From a virus: a DNA stretch of 64,000 nucleotides. Of the stretch, positions 1 through 10,172 are shown piece after piece; the stretch's first letter is position 1, and each line of letters begins with the position of its first letter. The notes beneath the pieces were generated by a model. It did no database searches. It worked only from the letters and a program-made list of their open reading frames with translations, and was not told the DNA's origin. The stretch covers positions 1-64,000 of the IMG/VR virus record IMGVR_UViG_3300026130_000003, one strand, 5' to 3'. Both the position numbers and the translations under genes were made by a program.

Positions 1-123
1 TATTAAACCTTGCGTCTTGGATACGTTGGCATTACAACATACTCGTACATCACCGTTGTTTCGTACATTCAATCCCATCCACGGTAACGGGCACCATGGG
101 TTTGTTTTTGGCTTATCACTCAT
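1..123 (-). CDS. N-terminus of a twitch/SPASM radical SAM protein (runs off window edge)
   Basis: Not in ORF track. ATG at 123 overlaps the upstream stop (ATGA); reads MSDKPKTNPWCPLPWMGLNVRNNGDVRVCCNAN, a CxxPW...G...CC twitch-type start similar to 12668..14056. Confidence 0.75.
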   Translation of the reverse strand, partial: MSDKPKTNPWCPLPWMGLNVRNNGDVRVCCNANVSKTQGLI

Positions 124-1184
124 TTCAAATCTTCACTCTTTATATTTTTGCCGTGACCACTACTAAATTCAAATTTGTCACCGCATGTTCTACCACAAGT
201 GTATATTCGTTTAAACTTGTCATCACGATTATTCCAAGAACGTTCTAAATAATCGGTATAATATTCATGATTTAATACATCCCAACCATGCTGTCTCATA
301 TCATTAAAATCTTCACCATATAGAGAAAATAAATGTTCGAAACTAGCAGTTTGTGGGGTCTTCGTATTAAAGTATTTAGGGGCTCCCATCCAACAACATG
401 GCCATAACCTCATACACATATCAACAAACACAGTTTTATCACGTTTATATTTACACGTTATAGGTGCGTTTTCGACATATTCATCAAAACTTGAAAATTT
501 CTTCCGTATATCAATCTTATCACGTGTGTTTTGATTTTCTTTTTCTTCTACTACCGTACCTTTACGTGTCTCTAATGATTTCTGATCCTGTTCGGCAAAT
601 CTAGCAGTGTATTTGGCGGAAAACTTGACAAAACCCATTTTCTTTGCTAAACTCTCTGCTTGTTCAATCTGTGTATAGTTATGCTTAAATTCAATGTAAG
701 CCCACTCTGCAATACCACCTGCGTCAATAAATGCTTGTGCGTTTTCCATTATCTTTTCAAAATTAGAACCCACACGGTATATGTGGTTAGTATCACGGAG
801 ACCATCAACAGAGAATATAACATTTAATCTATCACCGCCTAGTTTAGCAAGGTTAGACCACCATTCGGGTGTTCTAGCACTACCATTAGTTGCTATACGT
901 ATTTTCTTGACTCCCGGGTGATTGATACTGTATTCAAATGTTTCATCAAATGTAGGGCTTACTAGAACATCACCGTAGTTGCCACAATGAAATAATACGA
1001 CTCGGTTATCTTTTCCGAATGGTTCTAACAATATCCTATAATCATCCAATGTCAAATCTGTAATAGGCATACTAGGGTTTACAGTTTTACCGTCAACTAT
1101 TCTGGCACATTGCGGACATGCTAGGTTACAACGAGATGTGTGGTCAATTTGTATCTTTGTTATTTCATCAAAGTTTAAGTACAT
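120..1184 (-). CDS. Radical SAM protein with C-terminal SPASM/twitch cysteines
   Basis: CNLACPQC (CxxxCxxC), TNG, FSVDG, PCCW and CxxxCG; paralogue of 2107..3201. Confidence 0.9.
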   Translation of the reverse strand: MYLNFDEITKIQIDHTSRCNLACPQCARIVDGKTVNPSMPITDLTLDDYRILLEPFGKDNRVVLFHCGNYGDVLVSPTFDETFEYSINHPGVKKIRIATNGSARTPEWWSNLAKLGGDRLNVIFSVDGLRDTNHIYRVGSNFEKIMENAQAFIDAGGIAEWAYIEFKHNYTQIEQAESLAKKMGFVKFSAKYTARFAEQDQKSLETRKGTVVEEKENQNTRDKIDIRKKFSSFDEYVENAPITCKYKRDKTVFVDMCMRLWPCCWMGAPKYFNTKTPQTASFEHLFSLYGEDFNDMRQHGWDVLNHEYYTDYLERSWNNRDDKFKRIYTCGRTCGDKFEFSSGHGKNIKSEDLK

Positions 1185-2110
1185 TAACGATAGCCTATTT
1201 TCATAAATCGTGTGTAGTCAGGTAATACTAATTCGCCTTCATATAAGGTAGTGGTCATAGGCATAGATTCACTAAAATCATTCAATGTTTTATGACAGTT
1301 TACATGTTCGGGTATTTCAAAGAAGTTATTACCTTGAAGTATAACTAGTTTACCTTCTGGTATTTTCGCATACCATTCGGAAAAGTTTTCTATGTGTTCG
1401 CAACTTGTATTTATAATACTATCGGGCGAGTCTGTAACTTGAAATATTTCACCTTTACTGTTAGTTAAATTGTAAACATGTGTATCAAAATTTATATCGT
1501 GTATATCTGCTGTAACTGCTCTAAACTTCCAATCATCAATAACCCAATGTTTATTAAACAATTCAGCAATAGTGAAACACGAATCATCTATGTCAAAACT
1601 TCTTATTTTTTCAATGTTAATATCACTCTCAAATAATAATGTTGCCAATGTACCATACCACCCAGCACATAAGAATACTGTACCGATATCATCTGTTACG
1701 TTTGATAGTTCGTCTACTAACCACAGTTTACTTTGTAATTGTCCGCGAGCAAAACAATCATCATTTATTTCTATATTATCATTGTATAAACGTTTAAATG
1801 CAGCAATGAATTGTGTTTTGCCCACTGATTCTTCAAGTAATGGCCATAACTTCCATATGTTATCTTCAAGTATAAGTTTTTTCAAGTCGCTGTCTGCTTT
1901 ACCAGCAACTCTAAAGATACTATGTAGATTTTGTTCCATGACTGCTTTACGTAGTTCTTCCATATCACACGATACAGTTGGTTCATCTTTCATCAAACGA
2001 AAAATACTACTCAAGTCATTGTCAGTGTATGACCTACGTAAATCAGCCATAACCTCATTATTGGGGTAAAGTGTTTCGAATCTATCTAGCAGTGTACCTA
2101 TATCCATCAT
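1184..2110 (-). CDS. Class I SAM-dependent methyltransferase-like protein
   Basis: LCAGWYG glycine loop, SFDID acidic motif II, INTSCEH. Confidence 0.65.
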   Translation of the reverse strand: MMDIGTLLDRFETLYPNNEVMADLRRSYTDNDLSSIFRLMKDEPTVSCDMEELRKAVMEQNLHSIFRVAGKADSDLKKLILEDNIWKLWPLLEESVGKTQFIAAFKRLYNDNIEINDDCFARGQLQSKLWLVDELSNVTDDIGTVFLCAGWYGTLATLLFESDINIEKIRSFDIDDSCFTIAELFNKHWVIDDWKFRAVTADIHDINFDTHVYNLTNSKGEIFQVTDSPDSIINTSCEHIENFSEWYAKIPEGKLVILQGNNFFEIPEHVNCHKTLNDFSESMPMTTTLYEGELVLPDYTRFMKIGYR

Positions 2111-3201
2111 TTAAACTGTTCTCCAAATGGGTCAAATTTGTCTCCGCACTTCATAGCACATACTCCCAACTTACCGTTGTCTATACCTTTAATACTCCAA
2201 CTGTTCTCTATATCTTTAAGTAATGTACCGTTATCCATTACATCACGTAAATCATTGTTGATTACATCTATCCCTTCTTTGCCACCAGCACGGTCAACAA
2301 AATCCCATATCTGTTCTACACGAAAGTCTGGGTGCCACCATTTATACATACGTCCTGCTGTCCAACAACATGGCATTAGCAACCCTTCTGCGGTAATAAA
2401 GATGTTACCTTCCGCTTTTACTTTACAGTTAATACCACATTGATTGTAGTATTCTTTCATACTACCGTATGTTTTTTCTATCTCTTTTGTTTTGAGTAGT
2501 GCTAAGTTTTGATTGTCCTGTTGTTTAGGTTGCGCTATTACTGCGGTCTTTTCTTTTTTTCTGTTCTGTGCTTGGTGTGAATCTTTCAGTTTGTCTCCTG
2601 TCGATACTATAAAACGTCCCGACTTTTTCTTTTGGAATCGTTCAAATCCCATCGTTTGCGCAAGTTCTTCCGCTTCATCTACTTGGTGTTCATTATGTTG
2701 GAATATGATGTAATCCCATCGTGCTCGACCACCAGCGGATATAAATGCTTTCATGTTACGATAGACATTATCCCATTTTACGCCTTGACGATAGATATGG
2801 TTAGTATCACTAAGACCGTCCACACTAAAGATGACAGTGCCCATTCTACCAAACACTTGCGCCAATTCTTTCCACCAAGCCTCATCTTTTGCTCCCGCAT
2901 TTGTATTCATACTTAACCACATATCTGGGTTATGTTCTCTAAAGTATTTGAATACTTCTAGTGTATCTTTTGCGACAATGGGATCGCCTAAGTTACCGCA
3001 CATATACATTGTTTTAAGTTGTTTGATAAACTCAGGTTTGAATATACGCTTACAATCTTCTAATGATAGTTCTTTTTCGTTGCCTCGAAAATGCTGGTTT
3101 ACTGCGCCGCCGTTTTCGTTGCGGTCACACATGGGACAACTCGCATTACAGCGTTGTGTAATTTCTAGGTGAACCGTCGTAATGTCGTTGTATGTGTACA
3201 C
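2107..3201 (-). CDS. Radical SAM protein with C-terminal SPASM/twitch cysteines
   Basis: CNASCPMC, CGNLGDP, FSVDGL, PCCW, CAMKCG. Confidence 0.9.
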   Translation of the reverse strand: MYTYNDITTVHLEITQRCNASCPMCDRNENGGAVNQHFRGNEKELSLEDCKRIFKPEFIKQLKTMYMCGNLGDPIVAKDTLEVFKYFREHNPDMWLSMNTNAGAKDEAWWKELAQVFGRMGTVIFSVDGLSDTNHIYRQGVKWDNVYRNMKAFISAGGRARWDYIIFQHNEHQVDEAEELAQTMGFERFQKKKSGRFIVSTGDKLKDSHQAQNRKKEKTAVIAQPKQQDNQNLALLKTKEIEKTYGSMKEYYNQCGINCKVKAEGNIFITAEGLLMPCCWTAGRMYKWWHPDFRVEQIWDFVDRAGGKEGIDVINNDLRDVMDNGTLLKDIENSWSIKGIDNGKLGVCAMKCGDKFDPFGEQFK

Positions 3202-4130
3202 TTTTTATATCCTATTTTAATGTAAAATGCTCGTTTACCAATTTCTAGTTTATGTAATGCAATAACACGTTCCATTGGCAATGCGTTGTCAAATTCTTCT
3301 ATATCTTCAAACGACTGTTCTACTTTACTTTTGGGCGTTTCTTTTTCGCCCACAAGAATTAATAGTTGGTCAGCGCCATCGGTGATTAAATCATACCATT
3401 CTTGAACTCTACCTATCTTACTTAGCGCCATATTAATAATGACTCCAGGTCGTTCATTAAATGCTGGACTTTCAGTATTGTCAGATAATACACACTTAAA
3501 ATCATGCGACTCATAATTTATATGGAACGCATCTTCAGTTGTCGCTTTAAACTGCCAATCTTTTCTTGCCTCACGAGTAAACATAAAATCGAATACAAAT
3601 TGACCTACAGGATCTAAATCTATATTGCGTACTTTGTTTTCTTTTATAATGTCATAATCATCTAATACGCTCGCAAGTAATCCTATACCGTCACCTATTA
3701 AATATGTTGTACCATCATACTTAGACCTCACATACTGCTTTATAATCCTCACAAACATTTTATATATCATGGCATTTTCTTGTTTTAAGAATTCTGTCAA
3801 GTCTATGTTTGAATATTTAGATATGATAGACTTTACTCTGCCTGTTGTTTTATTACCATAAGGCAAATCAACACATGATAAGAAATCCATAGCACCACGA
3901 TAGTTACGAATTTGTTGGTTTGCATTACGTTCACTAATAGATTCTTGTATTGCTATATGGTCATAACGTAAATTGTTGGGTGTTGCGCCTTCCCAATCTC
4001 TTTTTGGGATGTCAACACTTTCAGTAATTTCTAATCCGCTATCAGTTGTAGTTACCGAATCTGTACGAGGCGTGTCTATTCCTACTGTTTTATATAGTTC
4101 ATCTATTGGGATGACTTTGCGTTTACTCAT
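3165..4130 (-). CDS. Divergent methyltransferase-fold paralogue of 1184..2110
   Basis: LIGDGIG / NIDLD / WQFKATTED / IINMA align with LCAGWYG / SFDID / WKFRAVTAD / IINTS; both end in KIGY. Confidence 0.55.
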   Translation of the reverse strand: MSKRKVIPIDELYKTVGIDTPRTDSVTTTDSGLEITESVDIPKRDWEGATPNNLRYDHIAIQESISERNANQQIRNYRGAMDFLSCVDLPYGNKTTGRVKSIISKYSNIDLTEFLKQENAMIYKMFVRIIKQYVRSKYDGTTYLIGDGIGLLASVLDDYDIIKENKVRNIDLDPVGQFVFDFMFTREARKDWQFKATTEDAFHINYESHDFKCVLSDNTESPAFNERPGVIINMALSKIGRVQEWYDLITDGADQLLILVGEKETPKSKVEQSFEDIEEFDNALPMERVIALHKLEIGKRAFYIKIGYKKCTHTTTLRRFT

Positions 4131-5356
4131 TTAGTTGCCTCAGTATATTGTTGTCGTATCCAATCATAATCGTTTATAAGTTGCAATATATCAGGATTTG
4201 ATTTGCCAAACTCTGCTCCTAATGTTGCGGCTTGATGAATTTGTTTAGCAAATGGTGATTCATTATTATCATTCAGCCACGCATTCAATCGTTCTTCATT
4301 ATCATTATCGTTACTATTCTTAATTATACTTGATGCAAGTTTAGCGCATTCACGGAATGCAGACTTCCAAGCAGTGAATTCATCATAATCAATAAGTGTA
4401 ACATTTGATACAGTATCTACTACTATAAGTTTATCTGCTACAGTTGTAGTAACATCCACTCCGTTTTCATCTGCATCATCAAACGCTTTTCTTGGGAATA
4501 GTTTCACCCCGCCATAACCGTACTCAAGTCCGTTAACTGAATTACGACTATGCCATACATGTACAGTATCACGGTTCCACAATGATGGACAATAGTCAAA
4601 CTTAAACGTTGGATCTATAATCGCATCAGCATCTACGACCCAAAACATTTCTGTTTCGGCAATACGGGATGCGGTCATATGTGCTTGATAGATTCCTTTA
4701 ACACCTGATACTCGTTTTGCTCTAGGGAAACGTGATATCAGTTTAGCATAATTTTCATCAGCAAACGGTTCGTTGTAATCCATAAACACTATGTCATATG
4801 GTTTTCGTTCACATGCCGAATATTCATTAAAGAATATGTTGTCAGGCGAGTAATCTTTGTTAGACAATACAACACCACCGTACCCCATATTAGTACCATC
4901 AGTAGACATATCTTGCCAATAGTTAGTTACGTTAAGTATACTACTTTGCCATGTAGAGGTACAATAGTTACGGGTATCAATCGAAGTTTTTTCTACATCA
5001 GGAGAGATTACAAAGAAGCGATACTCTTTAGCAAATGGCAATGCTTCTTCTACAGTATAAGCCTTAATAAGTTGATATGGATTCCAATCGCCCATGACTT
5101 CTTGGAAACTTAGTTCACGGTCAGTATCATACTCTTTAGGCACAAGTCTTACACCTGCAACATGCTTGTGCCCATCTACTGTCAGAACACTAAAGTTGTG
5201 TATAAGTGTTTCGTCATCTGGCCAGTAATCTTCCATCAAGTCTAAGAATGGTGATACTTGATGGTCTACTAACCAAAACATTTCAGTCTCGCATTGTTCT
5301 GCCCAGTGCTCTATGTTTAAAATATCGTGCGTATAAAATACTTCGTAATCGTTCAT
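4127..5356 (-). CDS. Glycosyltransferase-like protein (GT-A fold) with degenerate N-terminal repeats
   Basis: YNEP...FP.AKRV.GVKG...AH...FWVVDAD (DxD), NGLEYGYGGVKLFP; paralogue of 14053..15024. Confidence 0.7.
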   Translation of the reverse strand: MNDYEVFYTHDILNIEHWAEQCETEMFWLVDHQVSPFLDLMEDYWPDDETLIHNFSVLTVDGHKHVAGVRLVPKEYDTDRELSFQEVMGDWNPYQLIKAYTVEEALPFAKEYRFFVISPDVEKTSIDTRNYCTSTWQSSILNVTNYWQDMSTDGTNMGYGGVVLSNKDYSPDNIFFNEYSACERKPYDIVFMDYNEPFADENYAKLISRFPRAKRVSGVKGIYQAHMTASRIAETEMFWVVDADAIIDPTFKFDYCPSLWNRDTVHVWHSRNSVNGLEYGYGGVKLFPRKAFDDADENGVDVTTTVADKLIVVDTVSNVTLIDYDEFTAWKSAFRECAKLASSIIKNSNDNDNEERLNAWLNDNNESPFAKQIHQAATLGAEFGKSNPDILQLINDYDWIRQQYTEATK

Positions 5357-5410
5357 TGGATTGTACTTCCTCCAGAGATAGAGTTGTTATCTTAAATTAT
5401 AGCACAAATA

Positions 5411-6988
5411 TTATAGGGAAGTAAAGACTTTTATACCGTAATGTTTTTCAAATTCGGCTGCATCATTTTCATCGTTTACAATTGGTTGCCCCTTGATATT
5501 GAGTGAAGTATTCACTAGCATCGGGCATCCAGTTTCTTCATAAAAGCGTTTAAGCAATTGATACAATCCTGGATGTTGTTCTGCATTCACTGTTTGAACA
5601 CGACTAGTACCATCAGCATGTATAATTGCAGGGAACTGTTCCGGATCTCTACACTTGGCTACAAATTGCATGTAAGGCGATGTTCTTATGTTTGTTGGCA
5701 TTTCAAAATATTTGTGAACATGTTCTTCCATAATCATAGGAGCGAAAGGTCTGAACTTTTGACGTTGCTTGATTTCGTTCATTCTGTCTTTGATATGATT
5801 GCCACGTGGGTCTGCGGTTAAAGTACGATTGCCTAATGCTCTCGGACCGAACTCTGCTTTGCCACTAGCAATACCAACTATGTCACCGTTTAGCAATGCT
5901 TCCAATACAGGTTCCACTGGATATTCGCCTTCAATGTCGTAACCAAGATATGGAGTATCCCAATTGATTCGCTCATTCATAAAGCGTTGACTTGCACCGA
6001 TACAACTTCCAGCATCTCCTGGATTTGGCATAATCCAAACATTCTCATATGATCCTGTAATTTCACTATTAGCAGAACAATTGAGTGCGCAACCGCCCAT
6101 GATTACTAAGTTATCACTGTCTACTAAAAACTTAGCGTAAGCAATAACTTCTTTAAGTAGTAGAGTGTAAACTTTTTGTGTTGCGGCTGCTAAATCGAAA
6201 TGATCCTGTTCCGATTTTAAATTGGGCAGATACCAGTTACATCCTTTGTGTAGATTCAAACCTATTTTTATAAGTTCATCGAATCCCACTTCATCACAAA
6301 AAGCAATAGGATGATTTGTTTTTGACAGTTGAGGATGAACAACGATATTAAATGTATCCATCATATGTCGCCACAATGGTTTACCTTGAACAGTCCTGTC
6401 TGGATCACCGTATGCTGCCATACCCATGAGTATGTATTCATCTTCGAGAGGTTTAAGACCTAAACGTTGAGTCATAGCAGTGTAGAATAAACCTAAACTG
6501 TTAGGATACTTTTGTGCATATACTTTTTTTAGGTTTTGTTGTTTACCTTCCCAAATAGTAAGTGTTTCAAACTCACCCATAGTATCTATAACCACAACCG
6601 CAGCATTATCAAATGGCGAAGTAAAATAACCGCTGGCAGCATGAGTATAGTGGTGAGTTTGATACACAATTGGGATACCATGAAGTTCCGGAAATTGTTT
6701 TAAGTATCGGCTAGGCAATTCGTCTAAATCGAATGCCAACGTGCGTTGACCTGCTAAAAATTGTCTAACTTTTTTTAGTATAGGTTTTTCGTACCAGGCA
6801 ATAACATCTGGTTTACCGTACTTCAGGGCATCACGGATGATTTCACTGTTAAGTAAAGGATCGTTTTTCTTTTTACTGTACCGTTCGCTGTGTGCAGCAA
6901 ATAGTATTTCACCCTTATCCACAACAGAGATAGCCGCATCGTGATTTAAGGCACCTGATATTCCCAAAACTTTCATGGTAAAACTCAC
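5411..6988 (-). CDS. Carbamoyltransferase, NodU/CmcH/TobZ family
   Basis: HDAA, ERYS, HHYTHA, GGCALNC, PGDAG, EFGPRALGNR, FRPFAP, HADGTSRVQTV, NTSLN. Start may be the ATG at 6976. Confidence 0.95.
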   Translation of the reverse strand: MSFTMKVLGISGALNHDAAISVVDKGEILFAAHSERYSKKKNDPLLNSEIIRDALKYGKPDVIAWYEKPILKKVRQFLAGQRTLAFDLDELPSRYLKQFPELHGIPIVYQTHHYTHAASGYFTSPFDNAAVVVIDTMGEFETLTIWEGKQQNLKKVYAQKYPNSLGLFYTAMTQRLGLKPLEDEYILMGMAAYGDPDRTVQGKPLWRHMMDTFNIVVHPQLSKTNHPIAFCDEVGFDELIKIGLNLHKGCNWYLPNLKSEQDHFDLAAATQKVYTLLLKEVIAYAKFLVDSDNLVIMGGCALNCSANSEITGSYENVWIMPNPGDAGSCIGASQRFMNERINWDTPYLGYDIEGEYPVEPVLEALLNGDIVGIASGKAEFGPRALGNRTLTADPRGNHIKDRMNEIKQRQKFRPFAPMIMEEHVHKYFEMPTNIRTSPYMQFVAKCRDPEQFPAIIHADGTSRVQTVNAEQHPGLYQLLKRFYEETGCPMLVNTSLNIKGQPIVNDENDAAEFEKHYGIKVFTSL

Positions 6989-7188
6989 TTATAAATAAAC
7001 GGATCTTGTTCTTTCATTTTCTTCACACGTGCCTTATACTCTTTTCGTAATCTACGATTTTCTATCATATCAGACACTTGCTTCTTAATTTTTTGCCAAA
7101 CTGATGGCTTTTTATTGTTATCTTCATTCGAGTTAGGTGTAGGTTTCTTACTTGATTTATGCCATTCTAATGGCTGTTCTTCACTCAT
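6985..7188 (-). CDS. Small basic hypothetical protein
   Basis: Strong RBS (GGAGGT), overlaps carbamoyltransferase start, ends DPFIYK. Confidence 0.65.
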   Translation of the reverse strand: MSEEQPLEWHKSSKKPTPNSNEDNNKKPSVWQKIKKQVSDMIENRRLRKEYKARVKKMKEQDPFIYK

Positions 7189-7204
7189 AATTCACCTCCG
7201 TGTA

Positions 7205-7921
7205 TTATCGTTGAATTAAATCAAACAATATGTCCGCCCAATCTGAATGTGCTTCTTCATTAGGGAACATATTCAATGGATCTTCTTTATCCCCGTTGTA
7301 CTTATCATTCTCATAGATGTATCGGAACATAGTTGTGTTAGTAACTAGTTTTTTCCTATCAATCATGGAATACAAGTGTGTTAGTTTTGCTTGAATACAT
7401 AAATCACCTAAATCAGTGTCATCTAGTAGGTCATTAGTAAAGTTCTTTGCACTAAACATTATATATTTGATATCGTGTTTCTCGAAGAACGTTTGTAGTA
7501 AAATAACCTGGTTCATGAATACATGGAAGTCGTATACTGGTGCGTACAAGTCTGTCATGTAAATTTTGTTTAGTATATCTAGGCGTTCGTTTGACTCGTC
7601 ACTGAATTCAGGATTTGGAATATATTCGCCTCGAGGTATACCGTGAACCAAATGTGCGGTTTCTGCATGGAAAAATTCTCTTCGTGCAAGGTCTGTAAAA
7701 CCTATAACAACCATTTCAGGTTTTTCTCCGCGATTAATAAATTCGCATAATGTAGAAATAGTTGAGCGCACAATGTATTGGTTACTTACATTGTAGTCTG
7801 CTTCAATAAAGATTTTGTTATCTTCTACATTTATTTTCTTTCCTAGAATGTAAGGCCATGATTTGGTTTTATCTTCTAGCGTGTGCCCTTCGGTGTAACC
7901 ACATCCGTTAACATATATCAT
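7205..7921 (-). CDS. SGNH/GDSL-hydrolase-fold protein, catalytic motifs altered
   Basis: VNGCGYTEG (cf. GxSxT), SN..I.R, C-terminal FPNEEAH (cf. HPxxxxH); related to 51672..52541. Confidence 0.55.
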   Translation of the reverse strand: MIYVNGCGYTEGHTLEDKTKSWPYILGKKINVEDNKIFIEADYNVSNQYIVRSTISTLCEFINRGEKPEMVVIGFTDLARREFFHAETAHLVHGIPRGEYIPNPEFSDESNERLDILNKIYMTDLYAPVYDFHVFMNQVILLQTFFEKHDIKYIMFSAKNFTNDLLDDTDLGDLCIQAKLTHLYSMIDRKKLVTNTTMFRYIYENDKYNGDKEDPLNMFPNEEAHSDWADILFDLIQR

Positions 7922-7954
7922 TAATGATCTCCTTTAAGTATTAACTGTGTAGTT

Positions 7955-7962
7955 TATTTATC
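7955..7962 (-). promoter_or_regulatory. T4-type late promoter GATAAATA driving the 7921->1 operon
   Basis: Variant of TATAAATA repeated upstream of most structural operons in this window. Confidence 0.65.
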
Positions 7963-7966
7963 AATT

Positions 7967-7992
7967 AAAAACCCGCCATAGTAGCGGGTTTG
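7967..7992 (-). terminator. Rho-independent terminator after FG-GAP gene 1
   Basis: Minus strand AAACCCGC-TACTATG-GCGGGTTTTT. Confidence 0.85.
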
Positions 7993-8010
7993 TTTAAGAG
8001 TAGTGGTTAC

Positions 8011-9306
8011 TTAACTCAATTCGAATATGTATGCTTTACCTGATCCCGAACCGCTCGCATCATCTTCGTACTGCGCACCTACAATTGCGTAGTTACCACT
8101 AATCGACACTGACCTACCGAACTGATCATTAAGACCTGCAATCGGAATGTATGCGTTTGGATTGTCTAATGTAGCAACTAAGTTACCCGTAGTCACATCA
8201 AAGATATATGCTTTGCCCGAATTAGCACCGGTTGCGTCATCTTCTGCGTATGCTCCGACAATAGCATAGTTACCACTAATCGCCACTGCGTAACCGAATT
8301 CATCACTAGCACTTGTACCGAATGCAGTTGGATTATCTAGTGTATGTAGTAAGTTGCCAGTTGTAACATCAAAGATATATGCCTTGCCTGAACCCGAACC
8401 GCCAGCATCGTCTTCTGCATATGCGCCTACAATTGCATAGTTACCAGAAATACTTACTGATCCGCCGAATCCATCAGCAAAACTTGTACTGAATGCATTT
8501 GGATTGTCTAATTGGTGTACTAAATTACCAGTTGTTACATCAAATATGTATGCTTTGCCTGAACTAATGCCGCTTGAATCATCCTCTAAACTGGCACCAA
8601 CGATAGCATAGTTGCCAGATATAGATACTGCTTCACCAAAAGTATCATTTAAACTTGTACTGAATACATTTGGATTATCTAGTGTGTGTACTAAATTACC
8701 AGTTGTAACATCAAAGATGTAGGCTTTACCCGAAGCAGCACCGCCTGCGTCATCTTCTAAACGCGCTCCAACAATGGCGTAATTACCACTAATTGCCACT
8801 GATTCTCCGAAATTATCACCAGCACTTGTACTGAATGCAGTTGGATTATCTAGTGTATGTACTAAGTTACCAGTAGTTACATCGTAGATGTATGCTTTGC
8901 CCGAGTCAACACCGCCAGCATCATCTTCATAATATGCTCCAACAATGGCGTAGTTACCATCCACTGCCAATGTATAACTGAACTGATCATTAGCACTTGT
9001 GCCATATGCGTTTGGATTGTCTAGTGTATGCAGTAGATTACCAGTTGCCACATCAAAGACGTATGCTTTACCTGATTGGGCACCACCAGCATCGTCTTCG
9101 TAAGGTGCGCCGACAACGGCGTAATTACCAGAAATACTTACTGACCAACCGAACACATCACCAGCACTTGTACTGAATCCAATCGGATCGTCTAGTGTTT
9201 TACTTAATGTTGCTGTTGTGTATACCGGAGCAGGTGGTGTTGGTAGTTCACCTGCCATGTATGCGACTTGTCTTGTCACATGTACGTTATTAAATTTAAT
9301 GGCCAT
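8011..9306 (-). CDS. FG-GAP repeat 7-bladed beta-propeller (putative virion adhesin), copy 1
   Basis: Seven 57-aa (171-nt) repeats [17 protein letters not shown]....[20 protein letters not shown]. Confidence 0.9.
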   Translation of the reverse strand: MAIKFNNVHVTRQVAYMAGELPTPPAPVYTTATLSKTLDDPIGFSTSAGDVFGWSVSISGNYAVVGAPYEDDAGGAQSGKAYVFDVATGNLLHTLDNPNAYGTSANDQFSYTLAVDGNYAIVGAYYEDDAGGVDSGKAYIYDVTTGNLVHTLDNPTAFSTSAGDNFGESVAISGNYAIVGARLEDDAGGAASGKAYIFDVTTGNLVHTLDNPNVFSTSLNDTFGEAVSISGNYAIVGASLEDDSSGISSGKAYIFDVTTGNLVHQLDNPNAFSTSFADGFGGSVSISGNYAIVGAYAEDDAGGSGSGKAYIFDVTTGNLLHTLDNPTAFGTSASDEFGYAVAISGNYAIVGAYAEDDATGANSGKAYIFDVTTGNLVATLDNPNAYIPIAGLNDQFGRSVSISGNYAIVGAQYEDDASGSGSGKAYIFELS

Positions 9307-9339
9307 ATAAACCTCCCTTGTTTGTAATATGTCTACTTT

Positions 9340-9347
9340 TATTTATC
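9340..9347 (-). promoter_or_regulatory. Late promoter GATAAATA for FG-GAP gene 1
   Basis: Motif ~34 nt upstream of the ATG, followed by a GGGAGG RBS. Confidence 0.65.
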
Positions 9348-9356
9348 AAAAAAAGG

Positions 9357-9384
9357 TTGACAACTATACTAAATATGTTATACT
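9357..9384 (+). promoter_or_regulatory. Sigma70-type (early) promoter
   Basis: TTGACA-16 nt-TATACT with extended -10 TG and an A-tract upstream. Confidence 0.75.
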
Positions 9385-9413
9385 TGTTCAGTATTGAGTT
9401 AAGGAGATAGAAC

Positions 9414-10172
9414 ATGAATGAATCTAAATTCAAAGAAGTAACTACTCGGGAATATCGTGGTACTGAACTCGTCCTGGGTATGTCAGAATCATTCGCTCCT
9501 GCATCATCTTATGACTTGTCTACTCTAGTTGCGGCTTCACTGGTAGCAAAAGATATCAACGGTACATATGTTAAGCGTGGCAATGAATATCGTAATACAG
9601 ACCCAGACAAACCATACGAAAGTTATGTAATAGTTCGTTGGTCAAACCGCGATACTATTCTCATACTTATGGCAAATTACCCTGAACTAGTAGAAGAACG
9701 GTTAGAAGAAGCCAAAGAATTCATTTCTACACTGGAAACTAATCTTGCATTCAAAGCATTGTCTGACCACCTGACAAGTTTTGAAATATCTATTACAGAA
9801 GCAATAGCAAATAGTGAGGTTAGTCGCCGTAATATTGGTTGTTTGGCTTATGCTCCGTACTATGTAGAAAATGAAATTCGCAACAGTGATGTTAATCTAC
9901 GTGCAACAGATAGTAAGCATTTGGGTGTTCCCGGTGACAAACTTACACTCATACTAGAAAATATCCGTGTTGTAGAATCTCGTGGTTATCCAGGCTATAA
10001 TGTATCTGCTATCACAAACACTAACGACTTGGTTTCATTCTTTACATCTAAAAATGATTTTTGCAACATTGAAGGTTCATACCGTATAACTGCTAAAATC
10101 AAATCATGCGGAGTGGATTGGAAAACAAAATCTATCCCAGAAACACGTTTAAACTATGTTAAGATTGTTTAA
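9414..10172 (+). CDS. Hypothetical protein with possible C-terminal OB-fold
   Basis: AAGGAGA RBS and own promoter; C-terminal S.H.G..GDK...T.LNYVK pattern suggests an OB-fold. Confidence 0.65.
   Translation: MNESKFKEVTTREYRGTELVLGMSESFAPASSYDLSTLVAASLVAKDINGTYVKRGNEYRNTDPDKPYESYVIVRWSNRDTILILMANYPELVEERLEEAKEFISTLETNLAFKALSDHLTSFEISITEAIANSEVSRRNIGCLAYAPYYVENEIRNSDVNLRATDSKHLGVPGDKLTLILENIRVVESRGYPGYNVSAITNTNDLVSFFTSKNDFCNIEGSYRITAKIKSCGVDWKTKSIPETRLNYVKIV

Noticed and set aside
8011-9306. 171-nt repeats as CRISPR array or DGR template/variable pair
   Set aside because: Repeats are in-frame coding blades with no spacers; no reverse transcriptase in the window and I saw no adenine-specific pattern.
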